A DNA stretch of 64,000 nt from Candidatus Bathyarchaeota archaeon (GCA_963772455.1 CAVYXJ010000009.1:96001-160000), one strand, 5' to 3'. Counted from the first letter of the stretch, positions 31,068 to 42,697 are shown. Notes: a model not told the origin generated them from the letters alone. Translations and numbers: made by a program.

Positions 31068-33563
31068 TTGTTTAGCATGCAGCCTATGCCTAAAGACTAC
31101 AATTTTGCAGATATTGAGCGTAAATGGCAGAGTAAATGGGAAGAGATGGGTATTTACCATTATGACTGGAAGGATACGCATCGTGTTCCTTTCAGTATTG
31201 ATACTCCACCACCTTATCCATCAGGCGAGTTGCATATGGGAAATGTCCTCAACTGGACATACTTTGACATGGTTGCCCGCTACAAACGTATGCAGGGCTT
31301 CAACGTGCTTTTCCCTCAGGGCTGGGATTGCCATGGCTTAGGCATAGAAATCCAAGTTGAAAAAGCAAGAAACATACGAAAACGCGATGTCCCGCCAGAC
31401 CAGTTCCGAACATGGTGCATTGAACTGGTTGAAAAATATATTGCCATGATGAAAGAAGGTATCCTTAAGATGGGTGCTAGTATCGATTGGACTACCGAGT
31501 ATAAAACGATGGATCCCGACTATTGGCGCCGAACGCAACTTAGTTTCGTTTTGCTTCATAAGAAAGGTTTCATGTATCGGGGCACACATCCAGTGAATTG
31601 GTGTCCTAGAGACGAAACTGCGATTGCTGATGCAGAAGTTGATCATGTAAAAAAGGATGGCACCTTGCATTACATTCGCTTTCAACTTGAAGGCAGCAAC
31701 GAATACTTGCTTATCGCTACTTCCCGCCCTGAATTCATACCCGCATGTGTCGCCGTGGAAGTAAACCCAAAAGACGAACGATTCAGCAAGTACATTGGGA
31801 GAAAAATTTCTGTACCCCTAATGAACCGAGAAGTAACGATCATTGCAGAAGAATCGGTAGACCCCTGTTTTGGCACAGGTGTAGTTCAGATTTGCACTTA
31901 CGGCGACAAAGAAGATGTAAAAACGGTTATCAAACATAAACTCCCAGTAATCCGTCTTTTGACTGAAAACGGAAAAATAAGCGAAGCTGGATGCAAATAT
32001 TCAGGTTTATACGTCAACCAAGCTCGCGCGGCAATAGTCGCAGATTTAACTGCAGCTGGATTACTTGAAAAAACTGAGAAGATACAACATGAAGTCGGCG
32101 TCTGTGATCGCTGCAAAGCCCAAGTTGAAATCTTAGAGGTAAAACAATGGTTCATGAAAACCCTTCCACTTTGCGAAGCTGTAGAGAAGAATGCTAACGA
32201 AATACCATGGTACCCAGATTATATGAAAAACCGATTAATCGACTGGACCCGTGCTTTAGATTGGGATTGGGTAGTAAGCCGCCAAAGACTGTTTGCTACG
32301 CCAATTCCAGTTTGGTACTGCAAGAGTTGCGGTGAGGTTATCGTTGCTCAAGAAAGTTGGGTGCCGATCGATCCAAGGATGGAAAAGCCCCGAATTGAAA
32401 AATGTCCTAAATGTGGTGGAAACGAGTTTATGGGTGAAACTGATGTTTTGGACACGTGGATGGATTCCTCAATTACTTGCGCTGTCCATGCCGGTTGGCC
32501 AGATAGAGCTGACTGGAAACACCTGTATCCAGCCAGCATGCATCCGTCTGGCACAGATATTATCCGAACCTGGGCATATTACCTCATGGTACGGCACCTA
32601 GCATTATTTGATGAACGCCCATTCAATAGTGTCCTCATAAACGGCATGGTGCTTGGCGCTGACGGTAGAAAAATGAGCAAATCACTGAAGAATTACGCTG
32701 CAGCGCCTGAAGTATTAAACAAAAGTGGCGCAGATGCCACTCGACAATGGGCCGCTGGCGGAGGCGCAACAGGCTCAGATATTCCTTACCGTGTCCAAGA
32801 CGTCGAATACGGTAGGCGCTTTTTGGTTAAGCTATGGAACGTTACTGGATTTGCAACCAACCTCTTAGCAGATTACGACCCCAAAGCCAATGCGGAAGTT
32901 GACCTACAACTACTCGATAAATGGATTCTCAGCAAAACGGAGAACCTGACTAAAAAAGTTACAGAAGCCTTCGAAAAATGTCAATTCAACATCGCTATCG
33001 AAGAGATCCGAAACTTCACCTGGCATGTCTTCTGCGACTATTACATTGAATCAGTGAAGGATAGACTTTACCGTCAAGAGAAAGAAAGTGCAGCCAAACG
33101 GCGAGCAGCACAACAGACCCTTTACGAGGTATTGTACAAAATTTTACAGTTGCTAGCCCCAATAACCCCTCACTTGACGGAAGAAATCTATCAACATATG
33201 TACGCCCCAGATAAAGGCTTCAAAAGCTTACAGATAACACATTGGCCAAAAGTAGATGACACCCTCGTCAACAAAACAGTAGAAGATCAAGGAGACAAAG
33301 TGATGGCTCTAATTGAGGATGTGCGAAGAAAAAAAGCAGCCCAAAAGCTACCTCTAAATATTCCCATTTTGTCCCTTGAAGTCTACACAGAAAGTCAAAA
33401 AAGCGCTGACATAATTATTTCAAGCAAAGAAGATATCGCAGGAACTCTCAAAGTTGCTATAGATGATTTTAACGTTATTCCCAAAGCGGGTCAAGGACAG
33501 GAAGTGCCACAATTTCCAGGAGTAATTCCTGTTGCCATCTTCGGGACGGTAACCAAGAAATGA
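31068..33563 (+). CDS. valS: Valyl-tRNA synthetase
   Basis: [40 protein letters not shown]. Confidence 0.96.
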   Translation: MFSMQPMPKDYNFADIERKWQSKWEEMGIYHYDWKDTHRVPFSIDTPPPYPSGELHMGNVLNWTYFDMVARYKRMQGFNVLFPQGWDCHGLGIEIQVEKARNIRKRDVPPDQFRTWCIELVEKYIAMMKEGILKMGASIDWTTEYKTMDPDYWRRTQLSFVLLHKKGFMYRGTHPVNWCPRDETAIADAEVDHVKKDGTLHYIRFQLEGSNEYLLIATSRPEFIPACVAVEVNPKDERFSKYIGRKISVPLMNREVTIIAEESVDPCFGTGVVQICTYGDKEDVKTVIKHKLPVIRLLTENGKISEAGCKYSGLYVNQARAAIVADLTAAGLLEKTEKIQHEVGVCDRCKAQVEILEVKQWFMKTLPLCEAVEKNANEIPWYPDYMKNRLIDWTRALDWDWVVSRQRLFATPIPVWYCKSCGEVIVAQESWVPIDPRMEKPRIEKCPKCGGNEFMGETDVLDTWMDSSITCAVHAGWPDRADWKHLYPASMHPSGTDIIRTWAYYLMVRHLALFDERPFNSVLINGMVLGADGRKMSKSLKNYAAAPEVLNKSGADATRQWAAGGGATGSDIPYRVQDVEYGRRFLVKLWNVTGFATNLLADYDPKANAEVDLQLLDKWILSKTENLTKKVTEAFEKCQFNIAIEEIRNFTWHVFCDYYIESVKDRLYRQEKESAAKRRAAQQTLYEVLYKILQLLAPITPHLTEEIYQHMYAPDKGFKSLQITHWPKVDDTLVNKTVEDQGDKVMALIEDVRRKKAAQKLPLNIPILSLEVYTESQKSADIIISSKEDIAGTLKVAIDDFNVIPKAGQGQEVPQFPGVIPVAIFGTVTKK

Positions 33564-34294
33564 AAAGAGTTGGATTAATTGGCTGCGGCGCCATCGGCAC
33601 GGTTCTTGCTGAAGCCATCGAGCGGAAATTGGTGGTCTGTGATGAACTGGTCATTTTCGATGTGGATGCAGCGAAAGCAGAGAAACTCAAAAACTCCTTA
33701 AAATTCCCTGTAAAGATCATGTCAAACGTGGATGAGTTGCTTGCGTCCAAGCCATCAATAATTGTTGAAGCAGCATCCCAACAAGCCGTGCGAGAATACT
33801 ATAACAAAATTTTAGCGGCAAACATCGACTTCATCATTATGAGCACAGGCGCACTTTTGGATTTAAACACAAATACCCCTAAACTTCACTTTCCCTCAGG
33901 CGCCATCGGAGGATTAGATGCGCTTTCTCCTGCTGCTTTAGCTGGAATCGACGAGGTCACGTTGACTACCCGCAAACCTCCCAAAGCCCTTGGAAAAACT
34001 AACACCCAAGAGGAAACCGTCTACGAGGGTTACGCAGAGGAAGCGGCAAGACAGTTCCCTCGGGAAATGAATGTTGCAGCAACGTTAGCCTTAACCGTTA
34101 AACCAGCCAAAGTGAAAGTTCAAGTGGTATCCGACCCAACGATCGTACGCAACACCCACGAAATCCATGTTAAATGGCGCTACGGCGAAATGAACTTTCA
34201 GCTTGCCAACGACCCCCACCCAGACAACCCACACACCAGCGCACTCGCTGCTTGGTCAGCCATAAACCTGCTAAAATCACAACTGGAAAAATAA
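33560..34294 (+). CDS. nadX: L-aspartate dehydrogenase
   Basis: IGCGAIG, VEAAS, SGAIGGLD, RKPP, FP...NVAA, NP.TS.LAA. Confidence 0.9.
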   Translation: MKRVGLIGCGAIGTVLAEAIERKLVVCDELVIFDVDAAKAEKLKNSLKFPVKIMSNVDELLASKPSIIVEAASQQAVREYYNKILAANIDFIIMSTGALLDLNTNTPKLHFPSGAIGGLDALSPAALAGIDEVTLTTRKPPKALGKTNTQEETVYEGYAEEAARQFPREMNVAATLALTVKPAKVKVQVVSDPTIVRNTHEIHVKWRYGEMNFQLANDPHPDNPHTSALAAWSAINLLKSQLEK

Positions 34295-34509
34295 GTTAGC
34301 TCCCTAAACCCAGGTATCTTTTTTGTGTGTCTCCCATGCCTTACATAAATCGGATTTGGAATGGCTACTTTTTTTGAACAACTAATATTCCAATTTTTGC
34401 TTTCAACCAAGGATTATTAACATGGTCATAGAAATTTAACGAACGAAAATAAGAAAATTCTGCTAAAGAAACAAACAAAAAAGAAAAGAAAGAAGAATAC
34501 GGATTTATC

Positions 34510-37500
34510 TTATTCAGTTGTGTTTTCGTCGTTTTCTTCTGCTTGGGGGGTTTGGTCGCTGTTGTCCGCTTCCGTTATCAGGACCGAATGCGCCTGCTGG
34601 AACGCTTCTGAAGGGTGGGACGGAATGTGTGCCTCCCTCCACCAATGAAATAGTTTCTATTGCTGGTTCTTCAAGAACTTTTTCAAGGGTAGTTTCGATT
34701 GGAACTTGCTCTGTTACTTCGAAGTCTTGGAGTGGAGCTTCAATTACGCGTTGTTCTTCGTGGGCTGCTTCTGCAATTGGCTCGGTTGCAATGATTGTTT
34801 CTGCTGGAGCTTCGACTGGTGTTTCGTTTATGGGGACTGCTTCAACTGTGAGTGCTGGGGCTTCTTCAACTGCGATTGTTGGCGGCTCGATTGGAGCTGT
34901 TTCTTCAACAACTGCTACTTGAGCTTCCTCAACGATTGCGGCTGGCACTTCAACTGGTGCTTCGATGATTGGAGTAGCTTGGATTACTTGTTCTTCGACT
35001 GCTGGCTCGATTACTGCTTCGGTTACTATTTCAACTGCTGCTTCTGGCTCAGCTGCAACTACTGGAGCCTCTTCCACTGGGGCAGCTTCTACAATTGGAG
35101 TTTCTTCAACGATTGGAACTTCAATTGCTGGAGCTTCTTCAACAATTGCTACTGGAGCTTCGACTGGTGTTTCAATTATTGGGGCTGCTTCAACAACTGG
35201 AGTTTCTATTGCTGGAGCTTCAACTATGGTTTCAACTGCTGGAGCCTCAACGATTGGGGCTTCCTCAATTGGGATAACTTCAATTGGGGCTATCTCTATT
35301 GGGGCGGCTTCTTCGACAATTGGAGCTTCAACTGGTGCAGCTTCCTCAACGATTGAGGCTGCTTCTGCGACCATTTCCACTGCTGGAGCTTCTTCAACAA
35401 CTGGTGTGCTTTCAACTACTGGAGCGGTTTCAACTGAGGCTTCAATCGTGGCTTGCTCAACTTGAGCTTCCACTGGGGCCTCTAAAGGGACCGCTGTCTC
35501 CACTGGAGCTGCTTCTGCAACTGGAGCTTCAACTGGAGCAGTTTCTATTGGAGCACACTCAATTGGAGCTGCTTCGGCTACTGGAACGGCTTCTTCTATG
35601 ATTATTGCGGGAGCTTCTTCAACAATTGCTACTGGAGCTTCGACTGGTGTTTCAATTATTGGGGCTGCTTCAACAACTGGAGTTTCTATTGCTGGAGCTT
35701 CAGCTATGGTTTCAACTGCTGGAGCCTCAACGATTGGGGCTTGCTCAATTGGGATAACTTCAATTGGGGCTATCTCTATTGGGGCGGCTTCTTCGACAAT
35801 TGGAGCTTCAACTGGTGCAGCTTCCTCAACGATTGAGGCTGCTTCTGCGACCATTTCCACTGCTGGAGCTTCTTCAACAACTGGTGTGCTTTCAACTACT
35901 GGAGCGGTTTCAACTGAGGCTTCGATCGTGGCTTGCTCAACTTGAGCTTCCACTGGGGCCTCTAAAGGGACCGCTGTCTCCACTGGAGCTGCTTCTGCAA
36001 CTGGAGCTTCAACTGGAGCAGTTTCTATTGGAGCACACTCAATTGGGGCTGCTTCGGCTACTGGAACGGCTTCTTCTATGATTATTGCGGGAGCTTCTTC
36101 AACAATTGCTACTGGAGCTTCGACTGGTGTTTCAATTATTGGGGCTGCTTCAACAACTGGAGTTTCTATTGCTGGAGCTTCAACTATGGTTTCAACTGCT
36201 GGAGCCTCAACGATTGGGGCTTGCTCAATTGGGATAACTTCAATTGGGGCTATCTCTATTGGGGCGGCTTCTTCGACAACTGGAGCTTCAACTGGTGCAG
36301 CTTCCTCAACGATTGAGGCTGCTTCTGCGACCATTTCCACTGCTGGAGCTTCTTCAACAACTGGTGTGCTTTCAACTACTGGAGCGGTTTCAACTGAGGC
36401 TTCAATCGTGGCTTGCTCAACTTGAGCTTCCACTGGGGCCTCTAAAGGGACCGCTGTCTCCACTGGAGATGCTTCTGCAACTGGAGCTTCAACTGGAGCA
36501 GTTTCTATTGGAGCACACTCAATTGGAGCTGCTTCGGCTACTGGAACGGCTTCTTCTATGATTATTGCGGGAGCTTCTTCAACAATTGCTACTGGAGCTT
36601 CGACTGGTGTTTCAATTATTGGGGCTGCTTCAACAACTGGAGTTTCTATTGCTGGAGCTTCAACTATGGTTTCAACTGCTGGAGCCTCAACAATTGGGGC
36701 TTGCTCAATTGGGATAACTTCAATTGGGGCTATCTCTATTGGGGCGGCTTCTTCGACAATTGGAGCTTCAACTGGTGCAGCTTCCTCAACGATTGAGGCT
36801 GCTTCTGCGACCATTTCCACTGCTGGAGCTTCTTCAACAACTGGTGTGCTTTCAACTACTGGAGCGGTTTCAACTGAGGCTTCAATCGTGGCTTGCTCAA
36901 CTTGAGCTTCCACTGGGGCCTCTAAAGGGACCGCTGTCTCCACTGGAGCTGCTTCTGCAACTGGAGCTTCAACTGGAGCAGTTTCTATTGGAGCACACTC
37001 AATTGGAGCTGCTTCGGCTACTGGAACGGCTTCTATTGGGGCAGTTTCAATTGGCGCTGCTTCAACTGGGCAAGTTTCTATAATTGGCGCTGTCTCAACA
37101 GGTGTAGCTTCCACGGGGACCTCTAAAGGGGCCGCTTCTACCGCCGTTGGTTGAACTGCTGGAGCTTCCATTATTGGAGCTGGTTCAGGAGCTTGAATTG
37201 TTTGGGCGCAAGGAAAAATTTGGTCAATTGCTTGTTTTATTACACCTAATTCGTTTCTTGTTGTTTCAAGTGTATTTGAGAGAAGGTTTATTTCTCGACC
37301 GTAGCTTTCCTCATCGATTTCTCCAACAACGTGTTGGATTTCATAGTTAGCGAGGAGGGTTTCTAAGGTTTTTAGTTGACCTTCTAATTCGAGGGTTTTT
37401 GCTTGCATCTTTTGAGCTAGGTCTTGTCGTTGTGTTTCGATTTCGACCATTGCTGTAGTTGATGTCGCCAGTGAAAGAGTCGCGAGTAGCTTGAGAGATT

Positions 37501-37598
37501 TTGCCTGTTGTAAAAAGGTTGTCTAAAGCTTGCTTCTTTTTCTTGGCAATTTCGTATTCTTCATTTAATCGTTTAAAGGTATATTTCCATGAAATCAC
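34510..37598 (-). CDS. CdvA-like coiled-coil protein with a very long E/A/P/V/I-rich repetitive tail (indels near 37455 and 34635)
   Basis: N-terminal KKKQALDNL...GKIS followed (next frame) by ...GEIDEESY, matching the CdvA coiled-coil pattern; the alternative frame gives an acidic C-terminus ending ENDENTTE. Confidence 0.7.
35130..37034. repeat. Intragenic tandem repeat, 480-bp unit, about 4 near-identical copies
   Basis: cgactggtgtttcaattatt recurs at 35161, 35641, 36121 and 36601; only scattered substitutions between copies. Confidence 0.97.
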
Positions 37599-38008
37599 GT
37601 TTAGGGCACCGTAGCTTGCTTAGGCGAAAATATGAAATAACGTTTGTTAACATGCACATATATCGCTAACTATTAAATTCGTTTAGGTTGGCAGAAAAAT
37701 GGTAATTTTAAAGTAAAAATGGGTTCTGTTTGTATGGGTTTATGTATATAAATAGTGTAATTATTCTTCAAATTGATGGAGATAAAATGACACTTCTATG
37801 TTAACTATAATGTTGTCAACTAATATGTTATGTAGCCATATATGCAAAAGAATGTTGAGCAGATTTTGATGGTTTTTTCCCTTGAGGCATTTTTTTTAGG
37901 ATTCGATTTAGTTTTTTTTGTTTAAACATTTGCGAATCTTGTTATAACATTTTATTCTAAATCCGAATAATTCTTATATATCTAAACAAGAATAAACAAG
38001 AGTGATGC

Positions 38009-38392
38009 GTGCAAAATATGGTAGCATTAACAATCGCTTTAAACGGAGAAAAATCAGAAGCCAGAATAATCAAAAAAATGCATGAACGTGTAATAAAAAC
38101 CTTCATGGATACAATAATAATGGCTGAACTGCAAAATGGATCGATAAGCGGATATGATGTAATCTCATTTATCCACAACAAGTTCGGATTCCTCGCCAGC
38201 TCGGGCACAGTCTATTCCTTACTCTATTCACTTGAGCGAAACGACTTAGTAGAGGGAATATGGATTGAACGAAAAAGAGTCTATAAACTTACAGAAAAAG
38301 GCGCAAAAACAATCGCGACCATTATGAATTCACATGATAAAATCAAGGGTTTCATGTCAACAATACTCAAAGCACAAACACCCCAATATTAA
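38009..38392 (+). CDS. PadR-family transcriptional regulator
   Basis: SGYDVI, SSGTVYSLL..LE, RKRVYKLTEKG. Confidence 0.9.
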   Translation: MQNMVALTIALNGEKSEARIIKKMHERVIKTFMDTIIMAELQNGSISGYDVISFIHNKFGFLASSGTVYSLLYSLERNDLVEGIWIERKRVYKLTEKGAKTIATIMNSHDKIKGFMSTILKAQTPQY

Positions 38393-38469
38393 TTTCTTTT
38401 TATCATTAATTCAATAGAAATACTAAAAAACCCCCTCGTGTTTTTCTATCAGCCGCAACGAATCTTTGC

Positions 38470-38547
38470 GGGTCCGTAGCTCAGTCAGGCTAGAGCATCG
38501 GACTTTTAATCCGAGGGTCGCGGGTTCAACTCCCGTCGGACCCGCCA
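38470..38547 (+). tRNA. tRNA-Lys(UUU), intron-less, CCA encoded
   Basis: Acceptor stem GGGTCCG/CGGACCC, anticodon arm TCGGA-CTTTTAA-TCCGA, T-loop GTTCAAC, 3' GCCA. Confidence 0.96.
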
Positions 38548-38578
38548 AATTATATTGGAGTAAATTTTATTTTGTGGA

Positions 38579-38824
38579 TCATTTTCTATAACCTCTTTTC
38601 GTCTGTGCTTTCTTGAGGTTAGCTTCGACTTTGGTTATCCTCTTCTCAAGTGCCGCTATTTTTTCATTCTCTTGTTTTTCGGACACTTTTTTTGCTCCTG
38701 TAAGATTGGAGACCGTACATTGTTGTAGACGCTTGCAGGAAGCGCAATGGACACGCTCTTGTCCTCGTTTTGAGGTAAAATTCATGAAGGCATCTGTAAG
38801 ATAGCTAAAATTTTTATGTTCCAT
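38579..38824 (-). CDS. Hypothetical small protein (CxxC, C-terminal coiled coil)
   Basis: 81-aa ORF inside the element; HCASC; IAALEKRITKVEANL. Confidence 0.4.
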   Translation of the reverse strand: MEHKNFSYLTDAFMNFTSKRGQERVHCASCKRLQQCTVSNLTGAKKVSEKQENEKIAALEKRITKVEANLKKAQTKRGYRK

Positions 38825-39041
38825 AAGATTGAAAAACTCATATAGAATTTCGGTTTAATGGAACAATGAGAAAACTCCCACAAGCAAGTACTTCTTTAGC
38901 AACCTAGAATTACAAATAATCAAAGAAATAGCAAAAGGAACCTGTGAATTTTCATCAATTCGCCCTTTTCTGATAGGTATTTAAAAGTTATTAACCAAAA
39001 TGGGTTAACAACATATATCTGCCTTCTACCCAGCCTACTTC

Positions 39042-39407
39042 TTGATTTTCATGCAAGCGAATAAAGTATCTAAACAACACGGGTCAAAAATCATTGTAGC
39101 TTCCAAGGTTTACCAAGTTGTGTATTGCATTGAAATTAGGTATTCTTCAGGTGAAGTATGGTGGCAAACATGGCATTTATTGAAGTGCCCTATAGTTGGG
39201 TTTAATCGTGCTGAGGCTTTACGAAGTGCTAAAGAATGGAAGGTCCAGCTTGGCGCGAAGTTCCAACCGGTGATTATTGGTGAAGATGAGGGGGATTTTG
39301 AGAGCATAGATTGCGATAATCTTTTCGGCATTAATGCCATTGGTGGATTTGATGCTGGCGAGTTCGAGTTTCCAGATTGTCTACTTGAAGAGGATGAGTG
39401 TCCATGA
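39042..39407 (+). CDS. Hypothetical protein of the integrated element
   Basis: ORF overlapping the next gene; acidic C-terminus. Confidence 0.55.
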   Translation: MIFMQANKVSKQHGSKIIVASKVYQVVYCIEIRYSSGEVWWQTWHLLKCPIVGFNRAEALRSAKEWKVQLGAKFQPVIIGEDEGDFESIDCDNLFGINAIGGFDAGEFEFPDCLLEEDECP

Positions 39408-39817
39408 AAGGACAACCTTGGACTGTTCAAGAGGAAAAGCAACTTCGCGAAATGGTTCAGGCGAAAAGAAAGCTCAATGAAATCGCCACGTTTTTTGGCA
39501 AATCTCCTGAAAGTGTCAAGAAAAAGATGAATCGTCTTAACTTGGAAGTAGTCGTCCTGCAAATTCCAAAGACGACTACTTCTAATGATTTACCAAGTGT
39601 TGAAGAAGCACTCCAGAAACTCAACGATGCGTTGGTCTCGCTGGAGACTCCTGGGCTTGATCACGCAGAGACTTTACGATTGCGTAGCATAATCCAAGGT
39701 AGGAAATTGTATATCGAGAAGTTTGCTGATTTTTTGAATTACCAGGAACTTGAGGCTCGTTTGTTTGATTTGGAGGGAAAATATGCGGCGCTTTCTAAGA
39801 AGAGCAAGAACTCTTGA
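39398..39817 (+). CDS. HTH + coiled-coil protein, candidate terminase small subunit
   Basis: PWTVQEEKQL...EIATFFGKSPESVKKKMNRL HTH; overlaps the TerL start. Confidence 0.6.
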   Translation: MSMKGQPWTVQEEKQLREMVQAKRKLNEIATFFGKSPESVKKKMNRLNLEVVVLQIPKTTTSNDLPSVEEALQKLNDALVSLETPGLDHAETLRLRSIIQGRKLYIEKFADFLNYQELEARLFDLEGKYAALSKKSKNS

Positions 39818-41231
39818 TATTAATGCCTACAGGCGGCATCGTGGAATTTTGGATAACTCAGTAGTGGAACTTGAAATTGAGCTGGCAAGTCAAGTTACAT
39901 CTTTGAGTGTTGATGTTAAGGCGTTTTTTGAGCAGATTTTCGGTTTTACTCCATTTAAGTACCAGCTTGAATTGGCAGACTTGTTTGAGAAGAATCAGTT
40001 TACTTCTGTCCGCTGGTCTCGCCAGACGGGTAAGAGTTTTTGTGTTTCGGCTTTGCTTTTAAAGTATGCATGGGATCATCCTGATAGCTATATTGCGATT
40101 GTTGGACCAAGTTTTCGGCAAACAAAATTGAATATCAGGCGGATGGGGGGTTTTGCTAGAAAGCTTCCTCAGCTACCAGGATTGCACATACAGAAGACCA
40201 GAATTACCTTGCCTAATGGCAGTACGATTGAGGCTTTTCCAAACAACCCTGACACAATCAGGGGACCAACCTTCAAAGTAATCTGGATCGAAGAAGCAAA
40301 TTTTATTCCAAATGACGAGGACCTCTATGATGCAGTTCTATTTACTCTTGGAACGACCAACGGCAAGTTGATTGCTACTTCCACGCCTTTTAATACGGAT
40401 AGTTTGTTTTGGAAAATGTGCAATCACAAAGACTTCAATGATTTTGCAAGATCTCATGTACGATGGAGCGAGGCCATGACGCCAAATGGTCCCTGGTACC
40501 CAGCAATGGTTGAGAAAATTAAACGCCAGTTCGGAGATGACCCTCAACGTTGGCGCCGAGAAATGGAAGCAGAATGGGCAGAAGACGAAGACACATGGCT
40601 ATCTCAAAGCCTAATCGTAAGCTGCATTGGCACAGAAAAGAGTTGCGAAACTGATCTGCAAGAGTTTAGCCCCGATGCAAACTATAAAGGCGACTTTTTT
40701 GCAGGATTAGATTTAGCGCAAACACGCGATTTCTGTGTACTCTCAATTGTTGAACGGTTAAATGAGAAACTATTTCTTAGGCATGTCAAAATTTTCAAGC
40801 AACCTACCCTCTACTCAACTGTTATGGGTTATCTTAAGACACTGCAGGACCGTTGGGGAGGATTTACGAAAATACGCATTGACTTCACACGGGAAGGTCC
40901 TAGTATAATTGCAGATATGACTGCTGCTGGAATTGACAATGCTGAAGGTGTGAACTTTAGTGTGCCCCGAAAAAGTGAAATGGCAAGTTTGCTTAAGCAA
41001 CGTATGTCTAATGGCGATTTCTTTTATCCCCTTCTAAGTTGGGAAAAGCCCTATCGAGGAGATATTACCGCCGAGTTAAATGTTGAACGATATGACTTGC
41101 GCAAAGATGGCTCCATAGGCTTCTCACATCCTAATGGTACACACGACGATGTCTTCTGGAGCATAGCCCTAGCAGTATACGCGACCGCAGAAATGAGTCC
41201 CGAACCATTCATAGCAGTCATCCCAAGATGA
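39783..41231 (+). CDS. Terminase large subunit (Terminase_6-like)
   Basis: FTPFKYQ, Walker A SRQTGKS, IRG, Walker B IWIEEA, STP, RREMEAEW, RNase H-like AGLDLA..RD, HDD...SIALA. Confidence 0.92.
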   Translation: MRRFLRRARTLDINAYRRHRGILDNSVVELEIELASQVTSLSVDVKAFFEQIFGFTPFKYQLELADLFEKNQFTSVRWSRQTGKSFCVSALLLKYAWDHPDSYIAIVGPSFRQTKLNIRRMGGFARKLPQLPGLHIQKTRITLPNGSTIEAFPNNPDTIRGPTFKVIWIEEANFIPNDEDLYDAVLFTLGTTNGKLIATSTPFNTDSLFWKMCNHKDFNDFARSHVRWSEAMTPNGPWYPAMVEKIKRQFGDDPQRWRREMEAEWAEDEDTWLSQSLIVSCIGTEKSCETDLQEFSPDANYKGDFFAGLDLAQTRDFCVLSIVERLNEKLFLRHVKIFKQPTLYSTVMGYLKTLQDRWGGFTKIRIDFTREGPSIIADMTAAGIDNAEGVNFSVPRKSEMASLLKQRMSNGDFFYPLLSWEKPYRGDITAELNVERYDLRKDGSIGFSHPNGTHDDVFWSIALAVYATAEMSPEPFIAVIPR

Positions 41232-41314
41232 CAAAAAATGAGAACAGGAAAACCTAATTCATATCCGAAAAACACGCTTGGCAGACGACAAGTTAACATT
41301 TCCACAATTACCAT

Positions 41315-41333
41315 TCCCGTCCGGACTCGCTCA
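41315..41333 (+). repeat. Degenerate direct repeat of the tRNA-Lys 3' end (putative attR)
   Basis: tcccgtccggactcgctca versus tRNA tcccgtcggacccgcca (38531-38547). Confidence 0.6.
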
Positions 41334-41395
41334 ATTTCGTTTCTCATTAGAGTTTTTTCCACAAGATAGAAAAAGAGAACTACAAATTTACATTT

Positions 41396-42166
41396 ATGTC
41401 AAAACCCATTTCAATCAATAAATCGCGGAATCCTGTTTGCCTATGGCTTGATGAATTAAGCACAAAAGAAGCGGAAAATGCTTCAAAAAACGGTGCAGTT
41501 GTAATTTTTCCTGTTGGGAGCGTCGAAGAGCATGGCGATCACTTACCCTTATGCACTGACAGCGTTCAACCTGAATATGTCGCGTTGGGTGTTGCTAGGA
41601 AAACCGGGTGTTTTGTGGCTCCACCGTTAAGGTATGGAATTTGCAATGCCACACGTAATTTTGCGGGAACATTAACTATTGGATTTGACACCTTTTACAA
41701 GATAGTGAATGAAATTCTCTCCGAGTTAGTTCGCAACGGTTTCAATAGAATCATTGTTCTTAGCGGTCACGCGGGAAATTCACACATGGTTGCGTTGAGG
41801 ATGGCAGCCCAAGATATCGTAATTAAAAACGAAGCTTTAGGGGCAGAAAGGAAAACTCGGATTATGGTCCTCTCAGACTACGACTTCGCAAAAGAATTAA
41901 CTCCAAAATACGCTTCAGAAAAAGATGGACATGCAGGCACATTAGAAACTTCGCGAATGATGGCCATCAAGCCTAACCTTATTAAATCAAAAGGTTCTGC
42001 AAGTTTCACAGATATGCCTCGTTTTGAAGTTGTTGCTCACCCGGAATTTTATTTCCCTAGTGGAGTCAATGGAGATCCAACGGTTTCATCTGCGGAGAAT
42101 GGCCAAAAAATAAACGATTACATCATTGATCAGGTCGTCAAACTAGTTAAGAAAATTAAAGAATAA
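41396..42166 (+). CDS. Creatininase/amidohydrolase family protein
   Basis: PVGSVEEHGDHLPLCTD, GHAGN, GHAGTLETS, SGVNGDP. Confidence 0.9.
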   Translation: MSKPISINKSRNPVCLWLDELSTKEAENASKNGAVVIFPVGSVEEHGDHLPLCTDSVQPEYVALGVARKTGCFVAPPLRYGICNATRNFAGTLTIGFDTFYKIVNEILSELVRNGFNRIIVLSGHAGNSHMVALRMAAQDIVIKNEALGAERKTRIMVLSDYDFAKELTPKYASEKDGHAGTLETSRMMAIKPNLIKSKGSASFTDMPRFEVVAHPEFYFPSGVNGDPTVSSAENGQKINDYIIDQVVKLVKKIKE

Positions 42167-42382
42167 ACTCTTTTATTTTCAAATTGGACTTTCTTGGAGT
42201 TTGTAGTGACATGGTTAAGATGTGTTTTGGATTCTTCTTTAAATAATTATTCTTGAATTTTAAACAAATTTTTTTTATTATATAATCAAATTTAATTAAG
42301 AATGCTCTCAAAGTAATGATATAGGTGCTTATTGAAACAAAGCTTATATTATAAACAGTCTAATACCGATTGATGATCAAAA

Positions 42383-42697
42383 ATGAAGGGAGCTTTAATA
42401 TTTTTAGCAGTATTTGCAATTATCGTTATCATAACATTGGCGTATACTTCGCTTCCTCCTGGAAACTCAATATACCAAGCAGTTCTTCCCAATACAGAAC
42501 AATACACCTCAACTTATGCAATCGCAGGGACTAACGCTTTTGCTTTAATAATTGCGGTTTTCAACGGGGTTATCTATGCATTCATAGCGTGGCTAATTTT
42601 CACATTGCTAACTTGGGGACATAGGAAAGAGAAAAAACAAAACGTAACCGTCAATGTTAACAACCAACCCGCGTCACCACCTCCACCACCACAATAA
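42383..42697 (+). CDS. Small membrane protein
   Basis: Two hydrophobic segments and a Pro-rich tail. Confidence 0.7.
   Translation: MKGALIFLAVFAIIVIITLAYTSLPPGNSIYQAVLPNTEQYTSTYAIAGTNAFALIIAVFNGVIYAFIAWLIFTLLTWGHRKEKKQNVTVNVNNQPASPPPPPQ

Larger units (their letters stand above)
38531..41333. mobile_element. Small tRNA-integrated element or provirus remnant carrying a terminase
   Basis: Starts at the tRNA-Lys 3' end (tcccgtcggacccgcca); a degenerate copy tcccgtccggactcgctca lies at 41315-41333; encloses TerL and small ORFs. Confidence 0.7.

Noticed and set aside
35130-37034. Possible CRISPR array or origin iterons
   Set aside because: The unit is 480 bp, in frame within a coding sequence, and has no unique spacers; no cas or cdc6 genes nearby
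34518-37350. Many plus-strand ORFs (MIIAGASSTI..., MGLSLLGRLL...)
   Set aside because: Antisense shadows of the repetitive minus-strand gene; they recur with the 480-bp period
37599-38008. AT-rich 400-bp intergenic region as a replication origin
   Set aside because: No ORB repeats or initiator gene seen; adequately explained as divergent promoters
38579-38824. Integrase remnant next to the tRNA
   Set aside because: The position fits, but no tyrosine- or serine-recombinase motifs are visible
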